A stretch of DNA of 64,000 nt, taken from positions 831,673-895,672 of the forward strand of contig OZ244871.1 of NCBI GenBank assembly GCA_965221105.1, in the 5' to 3' direction. How positions within the stretch are numbered: the first letter of the stretch is position 1; the number at the start of each line of letters is the position of its first letter. Positions 61,282 to 64,000 of the stretch are shown piece by piece. This stretch comes from Pseudomonadales bacterium. GTDB taxonomy: Bacteria; Pseudomonadota; Gammaproteobacteria; Pseudomonadales; GM7GCV1. A program made the position numbers and the translations under genes. The notes under the pieces were generated by a model, which saw only the letters and a program-made list of their open reading frames with translations, had not been told where the DNA came from and did no database searches.

Positions 61282-62415
61282 CTATCTGGCCTGGTCATTT
61301 ACCGGCTGAATATACTCGACCACTTCGAGGTCAAATCCTGCAATACCCCTGTATTTGATGGGTGCACCCATAAGCCGCATTTTGCGCACGCCCAGGGTGC
61401 GCAGTATCTGGGAGCCAACGCCCACCTGCATAATCTGCGAGTTGGTGTTGACCTGCGCCTTCTCCGCTTCACCGAACATCTGCTCCAGTTGCGTCTCCAC
61501 CGCATCGACAGACGCGCCCTGCTGACCGAGAATAACGAGCACACCCCGCCCTTCGAGGGCAATACGCTCAAGACTGCTGCAGGCCGTCCAGGGGGGGCTG
61601 TCCGGAAAGCGGGGTTCCACAAGACCGAGAACATCTCGTGTGGCAGAAGGTATATGAACACGCGCCAGGACGGGCTCTTCGCGGTCGAGGTCTCCCCTGA
61701 CCAGACAGTGGTGGTGCTGGTTCCTGGCCAGATCCCTGTAGGTGTTGAGAGTGAACTCTCCGCAGAAAGTCAGCACCTCGCGACTCTTGACGCACTCGAC
61801 GGTGGTCTCGGTACTGAGCCTGTAATGAATCAGGTCTTCAATAGTGCCTATTTTCAGCCTGTGCCGACCGGCAAAATCCTCCAGGTCAGGCCGACGCGCC
61901 ATGGTGCCGTCCTCATTCATGATTTCCACGATAACGGCTGCAGACTCCAGGCCTGCGAGTCTCGCGAGATCACACCCTGCCTCAGTGTGGCCGGCGCGGC
62001 TGAGCACCCCTCCTGGCTGGGCCATAATCGGAAAGATGTGTCCCGGCTGCACCAGATCCCGTGGACTGGCCTGGGGTGCAACCGCAGCCTGCACGGTGCG
62101 TGCGCGATCCGCCGCCGAGATTCCGGTGGTGACACCCTCCGCTGCTTCAATTGATGCGGTAAAGTTGGTACCCTGTGCCGAGTCATTGGCATTCACCATG
62201 GGCACCAGATTGAGCTGCTCACAGCGTTCGCTCGTCAGCGTCAGACATATGAGTCCACGGGCCTGGGTTGCCATAAAGTTGATATCCCGAGACCCCACGA
62301 AAGAGGCCGCCATGACCAGGTCGCCCTCGTTTTCACGGTCCTTGTCATCCATGAGCACCACCATTTTCCCCTGGCGGATATCGTCAATCAGTTCTTCAGT
62401 AGCATTCAGCTTCAT
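61282..62415 (-). CDS. ribB: 3,4-dihydroxy-2-butanone-4-phosphate synthase with C-terminal GTP cyclohydrolase II-like domain
   Basis: ..MVVLMDDKDRENEGDLVMAA.. ..TGISAADRA.. ..GHTEA.. . The C-terminal half is GCH-II-like. Confidence 0.92.
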   Translation of the reverse strand: MKLNATEELIDDIRQGKMVVLMDDKDRENEGDLVMAASFVGSRDINFMATQARGLICLTLTSERCEQLNLVPMVNANDSAQGTNFTASIEAAEGVTTGISAADRARTVQAAVAPQASPRDLVQPGHIFPIMAQPGGVLSRAGHTEAGCDLARLAGLESAAVIVEIMNEDGTMARRPDLEDFAGRHRLKIGTIEDLIHYRLSTETTVECVKSREVLTFCGEFTLNTYRDLARNQHHHCLVRGDLDREEPVLARVHIPSATRDVLGLVEPRFPDSPPWTACSSLERIALEGRGVLVILGQQGASVDAVETQLEQMFGEAEKAQVNTNSQIMQVGVGSQILRTLGVRKMRLMGAPIKYRGIAGFDLEVVEYIQPVNDQAR

Positions 62416-62424
62416 GGGACTATC

Positions 62425-63072
62425 TTATGCTCCTTTTCCGTCTCTGGGCTCGTTCGTTTCCGACTCTGCGTTCACCGGGATATCTGCGGACATGAGTCTT
62501 TCGAGGTGGCGGGCGATCAGATCCACCTCGACATTGACCTGCACCCCAGGCCGGTACCCGTCCATGATTGTCTCGCGCAGGGTATGGGGAATGACCGTCA
62601 GACAAAACTCGTTTCCGTTCACGGCGTTGACGGTCAGGCTGGTGCCATCAATCGCAATTGAACCCTTGTGCGCAATATAGCGCGCCAGCTCCCGGGGTGC
62701 ACGCAGCCAGAACACCTCCGCCCGTGCGCTGGTCTCCTGGCCGATCACTTCACCGATTCCATCGACATGACCGGACACCAGATGACCACCAAGGCGAGTG
62801 CGAGGTGTCAGGGATTTTTCCAGGTTGACCCGCACACCCGGGCCCCAGTGCTGCAGGGTCGTCAACCTGAGCGTCTCCGTGGACACATCAGCGATGTAGC
62901 CATCTCCGGGCAGATCCACCACCGTGAGGCAGCAGCCATTTGCCGCAATACTGTCACCCAGCGCGACATCCTCAAGATCCAATGCACCCGTGGCAATGTG
63001 CAGGCGCATATCTCCCCTACAGGGTTCGACCGAGACAACGGTTCCTATGGCCTCAATAATTCCGGTGAACAT
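62425..63072 (-). CDS. ribE: riboflavin synthase
   Basis: MFTGIIEAIGTV.. and an internal repeat with ..GHVDGIGEV.. ..GSIAIDGTSLTV... Confidence 0.95.
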   Translation of the reverse strand: MFTGIIEAIGTVVSVEPCRGDMRLHIATGALDLEDVALGDSIAANGCCLTVVDLPGDGYIADVSTETLRLTTLQHWGPGVRVNLEKSLTPRTRLGGHLVSGHVDGIGEVIGQETSARAEVFWLRAPRELARYIAHKGSIAIDGTSLTVNAVNGNEFCLTVIPHTLRETIMDGYRPGVQVNVEVDLIARHLERLMSADIPVNAESETNEPRDGKGA

Positions 63073-63110
63073 GGTATCTATCCTCTATGTACAGGCGCAA
63101 CCACAGTACC

Positions 63111-64000
63111 CTATTCCAGATCTGGCCTGGCAGTTATGCGGAGATCGCGACCCAGGATGCGAATATCCGTGAAGTGAAGAGGGAGTGCCTCATTCATCAC
63201 CTGCAATGGCAGATCAAAGAGCGGGCGCGCCAGGCTGCCCATCAGCTTGGGTGCCATGTATATCAGCAGTTCGTCAACCAGCCCCGACCGGAGAAAAGCG
63301 CCGGACAGGCCCGGCCCGGCTTCGACCAGAACCTCATTGCACTCACGATCACCAAGTATGGTGAGCAGTTGCAGCAGATCAACGTGCCCGTCCCGCTCAT
63401 CAAAACACTGGTGCTCAACATGATCCCGGGTACCCGCACGCTCCAGATTGGCCACCAGAATGGGTGAGGTCTCCTGAAAGAAGGGAACGTCCAGCGGGAG
63501 CCTGTTGCGACTGTCCAGCAGTACCCGCAGTGGCTGCCGTCCACCAAATCTGTCGGTATCCAGGCCAAACTGCTCCGGTCGCAGGGTTAACCTGCTCTGA
63601 TCCTGGGCAACCGATTGCCACCCCGTGACCACCGCACAACTTCTGCCGCGCTGGAGCTGGACATCCGCTCGCGCAGCAGGCCCGGTTATCCAGAAACTGT
63701 TGTTGTCCGGCATGGCTGTGCGGCCATCAGCGCTGATCGCCATTTTGATTCTCACCTGCGGCAGGCCGGTGCACATGCGCTTGGTAAAACCTGGATTCAA
63801 TCCGCGAGCCTCGGCATCCATCAGCGGGCCGTCAACATCCAGACCTGCCCGGCGAAGACGGTCAACACCACGGCCCGCGACCCGTGGATTTGGATCCTCC
63901 TGGCCGTAGACCACCCGTGAAACGCCAGCGGCGATCAAAGCCTGGGTGCAGGCTCCGGTTTTCCCCCTGTGGTCACAGGGTTCCAGAGTCACGTAGCAGG
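63111..64000 (-). CDS. ribD: riboflavin biosynthesis protein RibD (deaminase/reductase), N-terminus beyond window end
   Basis: ..YVTLEPCDHRGKTGAC.. is the zinc-binding deaminase motif, at the window edge. The reductase domain follows. Confidence 0.9.
   Translation of the reverse strand, partial: CYVTLEPCDHRGKTGACTQALIAAGVSRVVYGQEDPNPRVAGRGVDRLRRAGLDVDGPLMDAEARGLNPGFTKRMCTGLPQVRIKMAISADGRTAMPDNNSFWITGPAARADVQLQRGRSCAVVTGWQSVAQDQSRLTLRPEQFGLDTDRFGGRQPLRVLLDSRNRLPLDVPFFQETSPILVANLERAGTRDHVEHQCFDERDGHVDLLQLLTILGDRECNEVLVEAGPGLSGAFLRSGLVDELLIYMAPKLMGSLARPLFDLPLQVMNEALPLHFTDIRILGRDLRITARPDLE

Noticed and set aside
60538-62154. 538-aa ORF on the + strand
   Set aside because: It runs antisense through nusB, ribH and ribBA, all of which have unmistakable motifs. 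Its composition is Gly/Arg/Pro/His-rich, as is typical of shadow ORFs in GC-rich DNA.

Overview
This is a gammaproteobacterial-type chromosomal window, judged from 16S/23S/5S sequence and from conserved gene blocks. Those blocks are miaA-hfq-hflX-hflK-hflC-(DUF2065)-hisZ-purA, ribD-ribE-ribBA-ribH-nusB-thiL-pgpA, fur/bamE-rnfH-ratA, argC/hemJ-hemL, erpA, and tyrS/anmK. All product names come from my own reading of the translated ORFs; no database search was possible.

The core blocks are interrupted by at least five accessory patches rich in decayed mobile DNA and toxin-antitoxin modules:
- 2.0-4.7 kb: a tripartite HipB-HipS-HipT module and an IS66 deletion derivative, next to the 5S end of the rRNA genes.
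- 9.0-21.4 kb: 12.5 kb lying between tRNA-Ile and the 16S gene, so the rRNA operon is physically split. It holds a frameshifted DUF4338-Tn5-like transposase, small ORFs, three glycosyltransferases, an ABC-2 exporter, a TnpB remnant and an inverted-repeat-bounded cassette.
- 28.2-32.9 kb: Fic/XRE, an IS66 remnant and a sulfotransferase pseudogene.
- 39.0-43.2 kb: bounded by inverted IS66 left ends, with an IS4 pseudogene, an integrase stub and a TumE/TumA-like pair.
- 57.3-58.8 kb: a nucleotidyltransferase-fold gene plus an HTH gene.

The signal I find most interesting is a set of three small Cys-containing secreted-protein genes, one in each of three islands. Each has a long poly-C tract (poly-G on the + strand; 9, 9 and 13 nt) inside the first codons of the signal peptide. 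Two are currently out of frame and one is in frame, and two of them share a homologous leader. This looks like a previously unannotated phase-variable (contingency-locus) family.

No CRISPR array was found.
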